The notes beneath the pieces are model-generated. The model had not been told where the DNA came from. It saw only the letters and a program-made list of their open reading frames with translations, and ran no database searches. A stretch of 64,000 nt of DNA, taken from NCBI GenBank assembly GCA_016779485.1, contig JADHNN010000001.1, positions 2,681 through 66,680 on the forward strand, given 5' to 3'. Source of the DNA: Gammaproteobacteria bacterium (GTDB taxonomy: Bacteria; Pseudomonadota; Gammaproteobacteria; GCA-002705445; GCA-002716945). The position numbers and the translations under genes are program-made. This document shows positions 10,726 to 23,749 of the stretch, piece by piece (positions within the stretch are counted from its first letter, which is position 1; every line of letters starts with the position of its first letter).

Positions 10726-11775
10726 ATGTTAAACTTCATAAAACAAATCGCGGGAATGTTTTCTACAGATATCTCAATAGATCTAGGGACTGCAAATACA
10801 CTTATATACATGAAAGGTAAAGGTATTGTTCTAGATGAGCCATCAGTGGTAGTAATTAGAGATGATAAAGGAGCTAATAAAAAAATCGAGGCTGTAGGCA
10901 TAGAAGCAAAAAATATGATTGGAAGAACACCTGTTGGTTTGACAGCAATTAGACCGCTTAAAGATGGTGTTATCTCTGACTTTACGATTTGTGAAAAAAT
11001 GCTTCAACACTTTATTAAGAAGGTACATAAAGCTGCATGGTTCAGACCAAGTCCTAGAGTACTGATTTGCGTACCGTGTGGTGCAACACAGGTTGAAAGA
11101 AGAGCAATAAGAGAATCTGCATCTGGGGCAGGTGCTAGAGTAGTTCATCTTATTGATGAACCTATGGCAGCAGCCGTAGGTGCTGGCATGCCGCTCGATG
11201 AACCAAGAGGTTATATGGTCTGTGACATAGGTGGTGGTACATCAGAAGTAGCAACAATTTCACTTAATGGAATTGTTTATGCATCATCCACTAGAATAGG
11301 TGGAGATACTTTCTCAGAATCGATAATTAGTTATGTTAGGAGAAATTATGGCTGTGTAATAGGTGAACCTACAGCAGAAAAGATAAAACATGAAATTGGT
11401 TCAGCCTATCCAACAAGTAACCTTTTGGAAATAGAAGTTAAAGGGACTAATTTAGCTGCAGGGGTACCTCAATCATTTACTATAAATAGTAATGAAACAT
11501 TAGAGGCTCTTCAAGAGTCACTTCAAGGTATAGTATCTGCAGTAAAAACAGCTCTAGAAAACACGCCTCCTGAATTAGGTGCTGATATTCATGAAAGAGG
11601 CATGGTATTGACAGGCGGGGGTGCACTATTAAAAGATTTGGATCTTTTGATAAAAGAAGAAACAGGTATGAATGTCCTTCTAGCGGAAGATCCGTTGAGT
11701 TGTGTCGCTAGAGGTGGTGGTAAAGTTCTTGAGATAATAGATGAAAAAGGAGTAGAGTTTCTCTCCATGGAATAA
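10726..11775 (+). CDS. mreB: Rod shape-determining protein MreB
   Basis: Actin-like ATPase motifs are present ([23 protein letters not shown]). The mreBCD order is conserved. Confidence 0.95.
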   Translation: MLNFIKQIAGMFSTDISIDLGTANTLIYMKGKGIVLDEPSVVVIRDDKGANKKIEAVGIEAKNMIGRTPVGLTAIRPLKDGVISDFTICEKMLQHFIKKVHKAAWFRPSPRVLICVPCGATQVERRAIRESASGAGARVVHLIDEPMAAAVGAGMPLDEPRGYMVCDIGGGTSEVATISLNGIVYASSTRIGGDTFSESIISYVRRNYGCVIGEPTAEKIKHEIGSAYPTSNLLEIEVKGTNLAAGVPQSFTINSNETLEALQESLQGIVSAVKTALENTPPELGADIHERGMVLTGGGALLKDLDLLIKEETGMNVLLAEDPLSCVARGGGKVLEIIDEKGVEFLSME

Positions 11776-11778
11776 GTT

Positions 11779-12615
11779 GTGTCTACGCCTATCTTTAAAA
11801 AAAGCGTAACTAATTTTTACTTATTATTACTGTTAAGTATCTTATCTATTGCGAGCATAGTTTTTGATAAAAAATATCCATCTTCTAATAATATTCGTGT
11901 TGCGGTGAATGATTATTTATTTAACCCAATTCAATTTATCATAAAAACTCCATCATCATTCATCAATACCCTTGTTATGGAAAGAAAGACAATAGATGAT
12001 ATGAAAATAGAAATAAATAAACTAAAAAAAGAAAATATCAAAATAAAAGCAAATCTGCAACGAATAGATGTTTTAGAAAATGAGGTAACAAGGCTGCGTT
12101 CAATAAAAGCTGTCGCAATCAAGAAAATAAAAAATATAAAAATAGCTGAAGTAATACAAAGAGATGTTATTCCAAATAAAAAATCTCTCAAAATGAATAT
12201 TGGATCGAAAGACAACATAAATATGGGTCAAACTGTAATGGGTATAAATGGTCTAATTGGACAAGTAGTAGAAATAAATTCTTTCACAAGCAAAGTATTG
12301 CTAATTACTGATAGCTCAAGTAATGTCCCTGCAATTGTTGCTAGGACTGGACAACAAGTAATTGTTAAAGGAAAGTCTCAAACAAACATGATGGAAATTG
12401 CTTTTTTAAAAAATGAAGCTGATGTTCAGAAAGGAGACCTAATAGTAACGTCTGGGCAAGCAAAAAGGTTTATTCCATCAATTAAAATAGGTCGTGTAAA
12501 AGATATAGTTAAAAATGAAGGTGAACGATTTTCAAGAGTTACTCTAATGCCTTTGGAGAATATCAATAATATAAATGAAGTCATAGTAACGTCCGATGAA
12601 AATGAGAATGAATAA
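11779..12615 (+). CDS. mreC: Rod shape-determining protein MreC
   Basis: It has a GTG start, an N-terminal TM segment, a coiled-coil region and a C-terminal beta domain. It sits between mreB and mreD. Confidence 0.8.
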   Translation: MSTPIFKKSVTNFYLLLLLSILSIASIVFDKKYPSSNNIRVAVNDYLFNPIQFIIKTPSSFINTLVMERKTIDDMKIEINKLKKENIKIKANLQRIDVLENEVTRLRSIKAVAIKKIKNIKIAEVIQRDVIPNKKSLKMNIGSKDNINMGQTVMGINGLIGQVVEINSFTSKVLLITDSSSNVPAIVARTGQQVIVKGKSQTNMMEIAFLKNEADVQKGDLIVTSGQAKRFIPSIKIGRVKDIVKNEGERFSRVTLMPLENINNINEVIVTSDENENE

Positions 12616-13074
12616 ATGATAATAATTTTATTAAGTATATTACTTGGGCTTATTTTAACACAAATGTTTCTTCCTTTTGGATACGTGGCTCCTGAATGGC
12701 TGCTATTGATAAACGTTTACTGGGCAATTGCGTTACCTACTAACAAGAAGTTAATTCTGGCATTCATTTCAGGATATTTCGTAGATATTTTGTACGGGCA
12801 AGTTTTAGGTCTTACATCGCTTACATATGTAATTTTTATATATATTATTCTCAGGCTATACAATTCTTTAAGATATATGACGGTAACTCAACAAATGGTA
12901 GTAATATCTTTTTTTATTTTGATAAAACAACATTTTTTTGTATGGTCAAACTCTGTGATAGGTATAAACTCAGAATACTTTGATCTCATGATCAGCACAT
13001 TTATAAGCGGTATACTCTGGCTGCCTACGTACTATATATTACGATACATCAGAAGAAGATTTCAGATATCATAG
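12616..13074 (+). CDS. mreD: Rod shape-determining protein MreD
   Basis: A 152-aa polytopic membrane protein directly after mreC. Confidence 0.7.
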   Translation: MIIILLSILLGLILTQMFLPFGYVAPEWLLLINVYWAIALPTNKKLILAFISGYFVDILYGQVLGLTSLTYVIFIYIILRLYNSLRYMTVTQQMVVISFFILIKQHFFVWSNSVIGINSEYFDLMISTFISGILWLPTYYILRYIRRRFQIS

Positions 13075-13085
13075 ATATTCTATAA

Positions 13086-13760
13086 ATGATTGAAGAATTT
13101 GATAATCTTATTGATAACTCATCAGATTGCATAATAGTTGAATTATCAAAAAGAGGTTGTGTTTTAAAAGATCAAAAAACATTAATGACATACCTTTTAA
13201 ATTTAGATGAATACGAAAAAATAGTTGAGCAAAGGAATAATCATATTCTTAAAAAAGTTATAAAGAACAAAGGTTTAAATATTCTAGACTGTACGGGCGG
13301 CTTCGCTAGAGACTCTGCGATTATTAGCTCTTTGGGTAATACTGTAACATTGATTGAAAACAACCCAGTAATAATGCGGGTTCTTAAAGATGCAATTAGT
13401 CGAATTAACAGTACTGCAATGAAAAATATTTTTAATAACATCACAACAAAGTTTGGTGATTGTATAGATTTTATAAGGACGACTAATAGAAAATATGATT
13501 ATATATATTTTGATTTTATGTTTAATATAAACAAAAGTGCTCTACCATCAAAAAAAGAGCAGTTTTTAAGAAAAATTGTTCATAACAATATAAATAGAAA
13601 TCAAAATATAATTAATGAAGTTCTACGGAGAGTTGGTTGTAAAGTTATAATTAAAGAGCATGCTAAATCTAATGATTATAAACATCTTGATATTATCAAC
13701 ACCTATAAGGAAAAAATTGTAAAATATCATTTATTGGAAGGAAAAAATGAGAATTACTGA
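13086..13760 (+). CDS. rsmJ: 16S rRNA m2G1516 methyltransferase RsmJ-like (class I SAM MTase)
   Basis: LDCTGGFARDSAIISSLGNTVTLIENNPV resembles the RsmJ/YhiQ SAM-binding region. Confidence 0.6.
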   Translation: MIEEFDNLIDNSSDCIIVELSKRGCVLKDQKTLMTYLLNLDEYEKIVEQRNNHILKKVIKNKGLNILDCTGGFARDSAIISSLGNTVTLIENNPVIMRVLKDAISRINSTAMKNIFNNITTKFGDCIDFIRTTNRKYDYIYFDFMFNINKSALPSKKEQFLRKIVHNNINRNQNIINEVLRRVGCKVIIKEHAKSNDYKHLDIINTYKEKIVKYHLLEGKNENY

Positions 13761-14181
13761 ATATATAAAAAATAAAAATGATATTCGTTTATTTAATCTA
13801 AGTGGAAATCAAAAAATAATAGATGATCTTGAACTAAGTAAACTTCCAGTAAAAAGTATATATTCAAAAATAGATAATAAAAATTTTTCTGATAGTTGTT
13901 TAGTAATAATTATTATTAATTCTAATCTGATTCTTGATGGCTCAATATTCAAAAGTATTGTTGGTTTAAATAATATTCTCGTTTTGATTGTTTTTGATAG
14001 CTTCTTCATCCAACATGAAACAGAATGTAAAGATACAATGATTAGCCATGGTTATAGATACTTTGGTAATACAGCTAATGATAAAGCAGTTATTTTCATT
14101 TATGATATAACCAAATATAAAGAAAACCCTGATTGGCTGAATAGTGATAATTGGGCTAACCCTGAGCTTTGGGAGAAGTGA
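13747..14181 (+). CDS. Hypothetical protein
   Basis: A 144-aa ORF. It overlaps rsmJ by 14 nt and bolA by 13 nt, which suggests translational coupling. No recognisable motif was found. Confidence 0.4.
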   Translation: MRITEYIKNKNDIRLFNLSGNQKIIDDLELSKLPVKSIYSKIDNKNFSDSCLVIIIINSNLILDGSIFKSIVGLNNILVLIVFDSFFIQHETECKDTMISHGYRYFGNTANDKAVIFIYDITKYKENPDWLNSDNWANPELWEK

Positions 14182-14183
14182 AT

Positions 14184-14414
14184 ATGAAGGATGTGATTGT
14201 AAATGTACTCCAAGAAGGATTAAAGTATGATGATTTAAGAGTTGAAGGCTCTGACGCTAAATATGAAGTAAAAATTATTAGTGATGAATTCAAAGGTAAA
14301 ACAATTATTCAAAGACATAAAATAATTTATGCATTATTAGATGCTTATATAAAGACAGGTGAAATACACGCATTGACAATCAAAGCGCATACCGTGAGTG
14401 AATCAAAAAAATAA
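14184..14414 (+). CDS. BolA/IbaG family protein
   Basis: Small BolA-like fold with the HALTIKAHT motif. The start is taken at MKDVIV. Confidence 0.7.
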   Translation: MKDVIVNVLQEGLKYDDLRVEGSDAKYEVKIISDEFKGKTIIQRHKIIYALLDAYIKTGEIHALTIKAHTVSESKK

Positions 14415-15483
14415 AATATGGAAAAGTAAAAAAATTATCCATATTGATATGGATAGTTTCTATGCATCAATAGAAATAAGCGAGAACCCTTTTTTAAAAA
14501 ATAAGCCTATTGCAGTTGGAGGTAAACCAACTGAAAGAGGGGTTTTGGCAACATGTAATTATATAGCCAGAAGATACGGAATACACTCAGCTATGTCATC
14601 AAAAAAAGCTATGTCTATATGTAAAAACCTAATTATACTTCCAGTTGATATAGAAAAATATAAAACTATATCAAAAGAAATATTTAAAGTCTTCAAATGT
14701 TACTCAAAAAAAATAGAACCTATATCAGTTGATGAGGCTTATATTGATGTTACACATTCTGAATATTGTAAGGGTGACCCTGAAGAAATGGCAAAACAAA
14801 TGCGAGCATGCATTCTTAAAGATTTTAAAATAACTGCTTCTGCTGGAATATCATGTAATAAACTCATCTCAAAAATATGCTCTAATTTAAAAAAACCTAA
14901 TAATCAATATCGAATTTGTGATGATGAAATTCCAGAATTTATCAAAAATGTACGCTTAAATAAATTACCAGGAATAGGGAAAGTAAATTTTAAGAAATGT
15001 TTAAACCTAAATATGGAATATTGTAAAGACATGTACAATTATTCTGTAGATGAACTTATTAATATATTTGGAGTATATGGAAATACTTTATACAATTTCA
15101 TCAGAGGTGTTGACAACAGAAATGTGGATATATCTAGAGTGAGGAAAAGTATCAGTGTTGAGGATACTTTTTTAAATGATTTAAGTAATACTGAAACATG
15201 TATTTCAAAAATCAACCATCTCTTTGATAAGCTGGCAATACGATGCAAGATTAATAATGTACCTCAAAATCTTGTTAAGGAGATATTTATTAAAATCAAA
15301 TTTAATAATTTTCAAACTATTACCAGACAATCAAAATGCAATGAGTTTAATCCCAAAAACTTTATTCAGTTATTTATGAATAATATTGATTCAGTAAGAA
15401 GGCCCATAAGGCTTCTTGGATTAGGTTTCACCATAAAAGATAAGGAAGAGCAAATAAGACAGTATGATATTTTCAATAGATAA
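14398..15483 (+). CDS. dinB: DNA polymerase IV
   Basis: KIIHIDMDSFYASIEI (catalytic DMD motif) and Y-family palm and little-finger regions are present. Confidence 0.9.
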   Translation: MNQKNKIWKSKKIIHIDMDSFYASIEISENPFLKNKPIAVGGKPTERGVLATCNYIARRYGIHSAMSSKKAMSICKNLIILPVDIEKYKTISKEIFKVFKCYSKKIEPISVDEAYIDVTHSEYCKGDPEEMAKQMRACILKDFKITASAGISCNKLISKICSNLKKPNNQYRICDDEIPEFIKNVRLNKLPGIGKVNFKKCLNLNMEYCKDMYNYSVDELINIFGVYGNTLYNFIRGVDNRNVDISRVRKSISVEDTFLNDLSNTETCISKINHLFDKLAIRCKINNVPQNLVKEIFIKIKFNNFQTITRQSKCNEFNPKNFIQLFMNNIDSVRRPIRLLGLGFTIKDKEEQIRQYDIFNR

Positions 15484-15532
15484 TGTAATATAATCCATAA
15501 GAGTTTATTAATAAGAATATAGGGGTAAAATA

Positions 15533-16810
15533 ATGAAATTTGAAACGATAGCAATTCATGGTGGCTATTCACCAGAGCCAACTACAAAATCAGTAGCAGT
15601 GCCAATTTATCAAACAACATCATATTCTTTTGATGATACTCAACATGGCGCAGACCTATTTGACCTCAAAGTCGCGGGAAATATTTATACAAGAATCATG
15701 AACCCTACATCAGATGTACTTGAAAAAAGAGTTGCTGCAATGGAAGGAGGGATTGGTGCTTTGGCTTTAGCATCTGGCTCTGCTGCAACAACATATGCAA
15801 TCATGACTATTTGTGAAGCTGGGGATAACATTGTTAGTACAAGTACATTATATGGTGGTACTTATACATTATTTGCACACCAGCTACCTAGATTCGGGGT
15901 TGATGTAAAATTTGGAGATCATGATGATATTCCAAGCCTTGAAAAATTAATTGATAAAAAAACTAAAGCAATATTTTGTGAATCAATTGGAAATCCAGCA
16001 GCAAATGTTGTTGATATTCCTGAAATCGCTCGGATAGCACATAAACATAAAATTCCTCTAATTGTCGATAATACTGTACCATCACCATATTTATTCAGGC
16101 CAATAGAGCATGGTGCTGACATTGTTGTACATTCTCTAACAAAATACATGGGTGGGCACGGTACAACCATAGGTGGTATTATAGTAGATTCTGGCAAATT
16201 CCCATGGGCTAAACATAAAACGAAATTTAAAAGATTAAACACTCCTGACATGTCATATCATGGTGTAGTGTTTACCGAAGCAATGGGCGATGCCGCATTC
16301 ATAGGTGCAGCTAGAGTTGTGCCACTTAGAAATATGGGAGCGGCTATTTCACCATTTAATAGTTTTATGATCTTACAGGGAATAGAATCTTTGCCAGTAC
16401 GAATGGATAGACATTGTGAAAATGCATTGAAAGTCGCCGAATTTTTAGAAGAGCATAAATGTGTTACATGGGTAAATTATCCTGGTCTTAAATCACACAA
16501 AGAATACAATCTCACAAAAAAACTAATGAATGGAAAAGCTTCAAGTGTACTTAGCTTTGGCATCAAAGGCGGTATGAAAAAAGGAGGAGTATTCATTGAT
16601 AATCTTAATCTCATAACTAGATTAGTGAATATAGGTGATGCAAAATCTCTTGCATGTCATCCAGCAAGTACAACCCATAGACAGCTTTCTAAAAAAGAAT
16701 TAAAAGCTGCCGGTGTACCAGAGGACTTAGTTAGATTGTCTATAGGTTTAGAAAATATAGATGATATTCTTGAAGATTTAGATAAAGCACTAAAAGCTTC
16801 ACAAAAATAG
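15533..16810 (+). CDS. metY: O-acetylhomoserine/O-acetylserine sulfhydrylase
   Basis: Cys/Met-metabolism PLP enzyme with the N-terminus MKFETIAIHGGY and the SLTKYMGGHGT PLP-lysine region. Confidence 0.9.
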   Translation: MKFETIAIHGGYSPEPTTKSVAVPIYQTTSYSFDDTQHGADLFDLKVAGNIYTRIMNPTSDVLEKRVAAMEGGIGALALASGSAATTYAIMTICEAGDNIVSTSTLYGGTYTLFAHQLPRFGVDVKFGDHDDIPSLEKLIDKKTKAIFCESIGNPAANVVDIPEIARIAHKHKIPLIVDNTVPSPYLFRPIEHGADIVVHSLTKYMGGHGTTIGGIIVDSGKFPWAKHKTKFKRLNTPDMSYHGVVFTEAMGDAAFIGAARVVPLRNMGAAISPFNSFMILQGIESLPVRMDRHCENALKVAEFLEEHKCVTWVNYPGLKSHKEYNLTKKLMNGKASSVLSFGIKGGMKKGGVFIDNLNLITRLVNIGDAKSLACHPASTTHRQLSKKELKAAGVPEDLVRLSIGLENIDDILEDLDKALKASQK

Positions 16811-16811
16811 T

Positions 16812-19178
<2,367 letters not shown>

Positions 19179-19180
19179 TT

Positions 19181-19501
19181 ATGCAAGAGAAGACCCCCCT
19201 AGAAGTTAATGAAATGATTAAAAAAAATCCTATACTTAAGGTAATAGATGTGAGAGAACAGTGGGAATATGATAAATGTCATATAGATAATAGCACTCAT
19301 ATTCCAATGGGGAAAATACCAGATTCAATTGATCAATTTGATGATAAATATGAATACGTAATTGTTTGCCATCATGGAATAAGAAGCAGAACTGTAGCTT
19401 TATATTTGGAACAAAAAGGTGTGAAGAATTTATATAATTTAACTGGAGGACTGGAGCAATGGTCTGATGATGTTGATCCGGCTATTGAAAAATATAAATG
19501 A
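19181..19501 (+). CDS. Single-domain rhodanese (sulfurtransferase)
   Basis: A 106-aa protein with active-site Cys in VCHHGIRS, GlpE-like. Confidence 0.8.
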   Translation: MQEKTPLEVNEMIKKNPILKVIDVREQWEYDKCHIDNSTHIPMGKIPDSIDQFDDKYEYVIVCHHGIRSRTVALYLEQKGVKNLYNLTGGLEQWSDDVDPAIEKYK

Positions 19502-20802
19502 AAAAAATATTTTTATTGTTTTTACTTACCACATTCAATGCTCATGGAACAAATCTTTTAGAATTATATGACAGAGCATTACAGCATAATATTGATTTAT
19601 CACAAAAGAATTTAGATATAGATATAGCTAATGAAGTTCTTGAACAAACTCAATCGTCAGTCTTTCCTGATATAAACTTCACAGCGAGAGCATCTGAAAC
19701 CACAATAGAAAGATATAAATCAAGCGGTTCTTACAATCCATCTAATTTTGATAGAGATACTTATAATTTATCTATCAAACAACCACTATTTCACCTATAT
19801 GTTTTTGATGAAATTAAAAAATCTAAAAGCGTTCTTCAAGAAAATAAAATTAGACAGAATGATTCAGAATCTGTAATTATCTTAGAGTCTATTAGACACT
19901 ACTTTAATTTAATTAAACAAAAAAATCTTTTATTACTTAATCAGCTAAAAAAAGAACTAAACTATGTTCGATACCAAAATTCTAAGACACTTCTTCAAAG
20001 TGGTAATATTACCATACAAGATTATGAAAATTACAAAAATGATTTTAGTAGGTCTAAAATTGATGTAGATATAAGTCAAGACAATCTCATAGAAACTAAG
20101 AACCAGGTTTATATGTTTTCTGGAAAAGAGTTAAATGATATTAATGATATTAAATTAATTAATCTTGACCATGAAACCTTTAACACAAATGAAATAATTC
20201 TTGAGGCTAATCTTAATAACAGCTCTATAAAACTAGCAAAACAAAATATTAAAAAGAGCAGACATGACATTGCATCACAAAAATCTAGACATTATCCAAC
20301 CATAGATTTAATTGCCGAATATGATTATGTTGATATTACTCAAGGTGGATCTCAATTTGGTGCAACAACCAGAGAAGACTCCTCTATATCATTGGTCTTA
20401 AATTTTCCAATATACAATGGAGGTTTTCAAACATCAAAAACTAGAGAAGCTAGGCTTAACTATCAGAAAGCTAGGCTTAACTATGCTGCTTCAAAAAGAT
20501 CAATTCGTAATGATCTTATAAACACACTAAATGATTTTAATACAAATAAGAAGTTATATGATTTATCTAGAGATTTAGTTGAGTCATATTTAAAAAGCTA
20601 CGAAAGTGCACAATTAGGCTATGAGAAAGGGATTTATACTGATACACAACTGCTTGAAATTAAAATCAAATATCATGCCTCAGTAAATGATTCGAAAAAT
20701 ATTATGATGGACTACTTATTTTCTAAAATGAAACTATATTATTTGCAAAATAAGATTTCTTTATCAGAGTTAAGAAAAATTAACACATATCTTATCTGGT
20801 AA
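19498..20802 (+). CDS. tolC: TolC-family outer membrane efflux protein
   Basis: Signal peptide MKKIFLLFLLTTFNAHG and a two-repeat TolC architecture are present. The context is pcm-rhodanese-tolC-waaA. Confidence 0.8.
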   Translation: MKKIFLLFLLTTFNAHGTNLLELYDRALQHNIDLSQKNLDIDIANEVLEQTQSSVFPDINFTARASETTIERYKSSGSYNPSNFDRDTYNLSIKQPLFHLYVFDEIKKSKSVLQENKIRQNDSESVIILESIRHYFNLIKQKNLLLLNQLKKELNYVRYQNSKTLLQSGNITIQDYENYKNDFSRSKIDVDISQDNLIETKNQVYMFSGKELNDINDIKLINLDHETFNTNEIILEANLNNSSIKLAKQNIKKSRHDIASQKSRHYPTIDLIAEYDYVDITQGGSQFGATTREDSSISLVLNFPIYNGGFQTSKTREARLNYQKARLNYAASKRSIRNDLINTLNDFNTNKKLYDLSRDLVESYLKSYESAQLGYEKGIYTDTQLLEIKIKYHASVNDSKNIMMDYLFSKMKLYYLQNKISLSELRKINTYLIW

Positions 20803-22022
20803 TGCTAATATATAACTTTCTTCTGTACTTACTATACCCTATTATCTTAATCCGACTAGCAATCTACACATTCAAGAATTCACTATCGTTATCTTATATA
20901 TCCCATAAATTATTAAACTCTACGAGTATTAAAAAGAAATCGCTATGGATTCATGCTGCATCCGTAGGGGAAATGAAAATTGCAATTGGTTTATCACAGG
21001 AACTATTAAAAAATGGGTACAAAGATATTCTTATTACATCAAACACTCCTTCATCTAAATATTATTTTGATAATTCACAGATAAAGGGAGTAGAACATTG
21101 TTACTTACCTTTAGATTATTATTTATTAACAAAAAATTTGGTTAATAAGATTTCCGCTAAACTTTTAATTGTAATAGAAACAGAAGTATGGCCGAATCTT
21201 TATAATTCATGTAAAAAAAATGGTACTAAAATATTAATTATAAATGGAAGGTTCAATGCACCAAAAGGTATCCTGGGAATATTATCAAAAAATCTATATA
21301 AGAATACACTAGATAATGTAGAGCACGTATATACTAAATCAATTAAAGATAAAGAGAGCTATGAAAAATTTTTGAATGAAACTAAAGTTAGTAATATAGG
21401 TAATATTAAATATTCTTTTTTAAGTAATAAGAGCAATCAAAAATTAATAGATAGAAAATATGTCTTGCTTGCCTCGTCTCATCATCGAGAAGAAATAATA
21501 ATTATAAAAGAATGGTTAAAACTAAAATCTAATAAGTACCTTTTAGTAATCGTACCAAGACATCCGGAAAGATTAGGAGATATTTTATCTGATATTCCTT
21601 TATCAGGAATTAATATTGCGATAAGAAGTAAAGATGAAAAAGTAAGAAATTCAACGCAACTTTATATTGCCGATACTATTGGCGAACTAGAATCATTCAT
21701 AGAATATTGTGAATTTACAATATTTGGAGGATCATTTGTTGATGTAGGTGGCCATTCATTTATGGAAGCTGCTGCTAAAGCAAAAACTATTATAGTAGGG
21801 CCTTATATGTATAATTTTATTGAAGAGACCGAAGAGTTTTTAAAAAATAACGCATTAATAATGTGTCAAAAGCCAATAATGTTAAAAAATATCTTCGAAA
21901 AGTTATTTAGATCTAAATCTAAACGTGAAGTGTTTGAGAAATGTGCAAAGAAACTTGTTCAAGAAAAAAGATTTATAATAAATGATTATTTAAAACTAAT
22001 TGATACTCATTTCAAGGGCTAG
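20802..22022 (+). CDS. waaA: 3-deoxy-D-manno-octulosonic acid (Kdo) transferase
   Basis: LWIHAASVGEMK is the KdtA signature. An N-terminal membrane anchor is present. Confidence 0.9.
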   Translation: MLIYNFLLYLLYPIILIRLAIYTFKNSLSLSYISHKLLNSTSIKKKSLWIHAASVGEMKIAIGLSQELLKNGYKDILITSNTPSSKYYFDNSQIKGVEHCYLPLDYYLLTKNLVNKISAKLLIVIETEVWPNLYNSCKKNGTKILIINGRFNAPKGILGILSKNLYKNTLDNVEHVYTKSIKDKESYEKFLNETKVSNIGNIKYSFLSNKSNQKLIDRKYVLLASSHHREEIIIIKEWLKLKSNKYLLVIVPRHPERLGDILSDIPLSGINIAIRSKDEKVRNSTQLYIADTIGELESFIEYCEFTIFGGSFVDVGGHSFMEAAAKAKTIIVGPYMYNFIEETEEFLKNNALIMCQKPIMLKNIFEKLFRSKSKREVFEKCAKKLVQEKRFIINDYLKLIDTHFKG

Positions 22023-22024
22023 AT

Positions 22025-22741
22025 TTATTTTATAAAGCTTTTCCAATCAAATCTGTTATCTAGATTTAACTTTTCTAAAGATTTTTTAAATTTTGATAAC
22101 ACATCTGAGCTATATCTTTTATCATTCTTTCTAGATGTATTGATAATTAATTTATCAAAATCTATAAAAGATATTTTATTAGTTAATTGATTGTAAATTA
22201 TATTTTTTAGATTCATATCAAGATTATATATGCCGTTTTGGAACAGAATCTCAAAACTGAATCTCAAGTCTTTATAGATTTGATTAGTAATATTATTTTT
22301 TAAAAGATATTGATCAAATGTAAGCCCATCTAATTTTGATAGTATTATATCTCCTGTATAGAACATTCCTTTCCTCTGTACAAATGAGCAAACTGGTATA
22401 CATAATTCTATTATATTTTTCACTTTATCATTTTTTGTTTGATTAATAATATATGAGAAGTCCACATAATTTTTTAACTCTCTAACTGGACGTGTGTATG
22501 ATAAACCTAAATAAGCATAATAATCCTTTAAAAATTTCATACCTCCTTTTCTCCAATAATGTTTTTTTATAAGACCATTATTTAAATCTAGAAAATTGGA
22601 TATGTTTTCAAGTCTAAACTCATTACTATCTAAACCTGATATCACTCTATCTTCAAGTATTTTTTGGATAGAAGAATCGTAACAGATATACTTATTAGTG
22701 TATTTTCGAGATATTATTGAGCTATACTTTGTTTTTATCAT
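22025..22741 (-). CDS. Putative LPS-core kinase (Kdo kinase KdkA / InaA family)
   Basis: A 238-aa ORF inserted on the opposite strand between waaA and a heptosyltransferase. Its size and context fit KdkA. The assignment is by context. Confidence 0.4.
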   Translation of the reverse strand: MIKTKYSSIISRKYTNKYICYDSSIQKILEDRVISGLDSNEFRLENISNFLDLNNGLIKKHYWRKGGMKFLKDYYAYLGLSYTRPVRELKNYVDFSYIINQTKNDKVKNIIELCIPVCSFVQRKGMFYTGDIILSKLDGLTFDQYLLKNNITNQIYKDLRFSFEILFQNGIYNLDMNLKNIIYNQLTNKISFIDFDKLIINTSRKNDKRYSSDVLSKFKKSLEKLNLDNRFDWKSFIK

Positions 22742-23749
22742 ATGAATAGTAAAAATAATACATCAATATCAATTTGCATTCTAAGATTATCTTCCATAGG
22801 TGATATAACTCATATCATTCCTATTATCTCAACACTTCAGAAATCTATAATTGATTGTGATATTACATGGATTATAGGAAAAACAGAGTATGAATTAGTA
22901 AAAAATCTAAATGACATAAATTTTATAGTAATGGATAAAAATAAAACTTTAGACTCGTTGTTTGGAATACATAAATTCTCTAAAAATATCCCTTTTGATA
23001 TAGTCTTACATATGCAGAAATCACTAAGATCAAAGCTTGTAGGTAAAATGATAAAAGGAAAAATCAATGTGACATTTAATGATATAAATACTGATAATTG
23101 TCATGTAATGGAAAACTTTTTTTCATTTTTAAAGAAAATAGATATTAAAAATAAATTTTTAGATTGGCAGACAGACTCAATGCTAGATATGAGTTATATA
23201 GAGAAAATAAATGTAAATAAGTTTATTCCTTATGTAGCAATAAATCCTTTTACAAGTGCGAGAGTAAATAATTATCGTGAATGGGACTATGATAATTATG
23301 GAACCATTGCAGAATACTTATTCAATGAGTATTCCATAAATACATTTTTTTTAGGTAAAGTGAATAAAGATAAAAAAGATAAATTTAGTGAACATATTAA
23401 GTCTAGTTCAAATATTGTAAATTTAATTAACAAAACAACACTGATCGAAATGTTCAGTGTTCTAAGTAAGTGTAAATTTTATATTGGGCCAGACTCTGGT
23501 GCCTTACATATGGCAAATATGCTAGGCCTGCCTATTATTGGTTTATATGCAACATCTAATCCTTTAAGGACTGGTCCGTACTTAAATCAAAAATATGTTA
23601 TAAATAAATATAATGAAGCAATGCTAAAATTCCTTAATAAGGAAAAAAATGATATCAAATGGGGTGCAAGAGTTAGGGATAAAGATGCAATGAAACTAAT
23701 ATCCTTAAATGATGTCAAAAATAAAATTAAAGAGGTTATTAAAAGCTAA
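22742..23749 (+). CDS. ADP-heptose:LPS heptosyltransferase (GT9)
   Basis: The N-terminal ICILRLSSIGDITHIIP motif is typical of WaaC/WaaF-family glycosyltransferases. Confidence 0.8.
   Translation: MNSKNNTSISICILRLSSIGDITHIIPIISTLQKSIIDCDITWIIGKTEYELVKNLNDINFIVMDKNKTLDSLFGIHKFSKNIPFDIVLHMQKSLRSKLVGKMIKGKINVTFNDINTDNCHVMENFFSFLKKIDIKNKFLDWQTDSMLDMSYIEKINVNKFIPYVAINPFTSARVNNYREWDYDNYGTIAEYLFNEYSINTFFLGKVNKDKKDKFSEHIKSSSNIVNLINKTTLIEMFSVLSKCKFYIGPDSGALHMANMLGLPIIGLYATSNPLRTGPYLNQKYVINKYNEAMLKFLNKEKNDIKWGARVRDKDAMKLISLNDVKNKIKEVIKS

Noticed and set aside
20448-20490. 15-nt tandem direct repeat gctaggcttaactat x2 (ARLNY-QK-ARLNY) inside tolC
   Set aside because: It is a short in-frame duplication within a coding region. 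It is not a repeat array and is of no regulatory significance.
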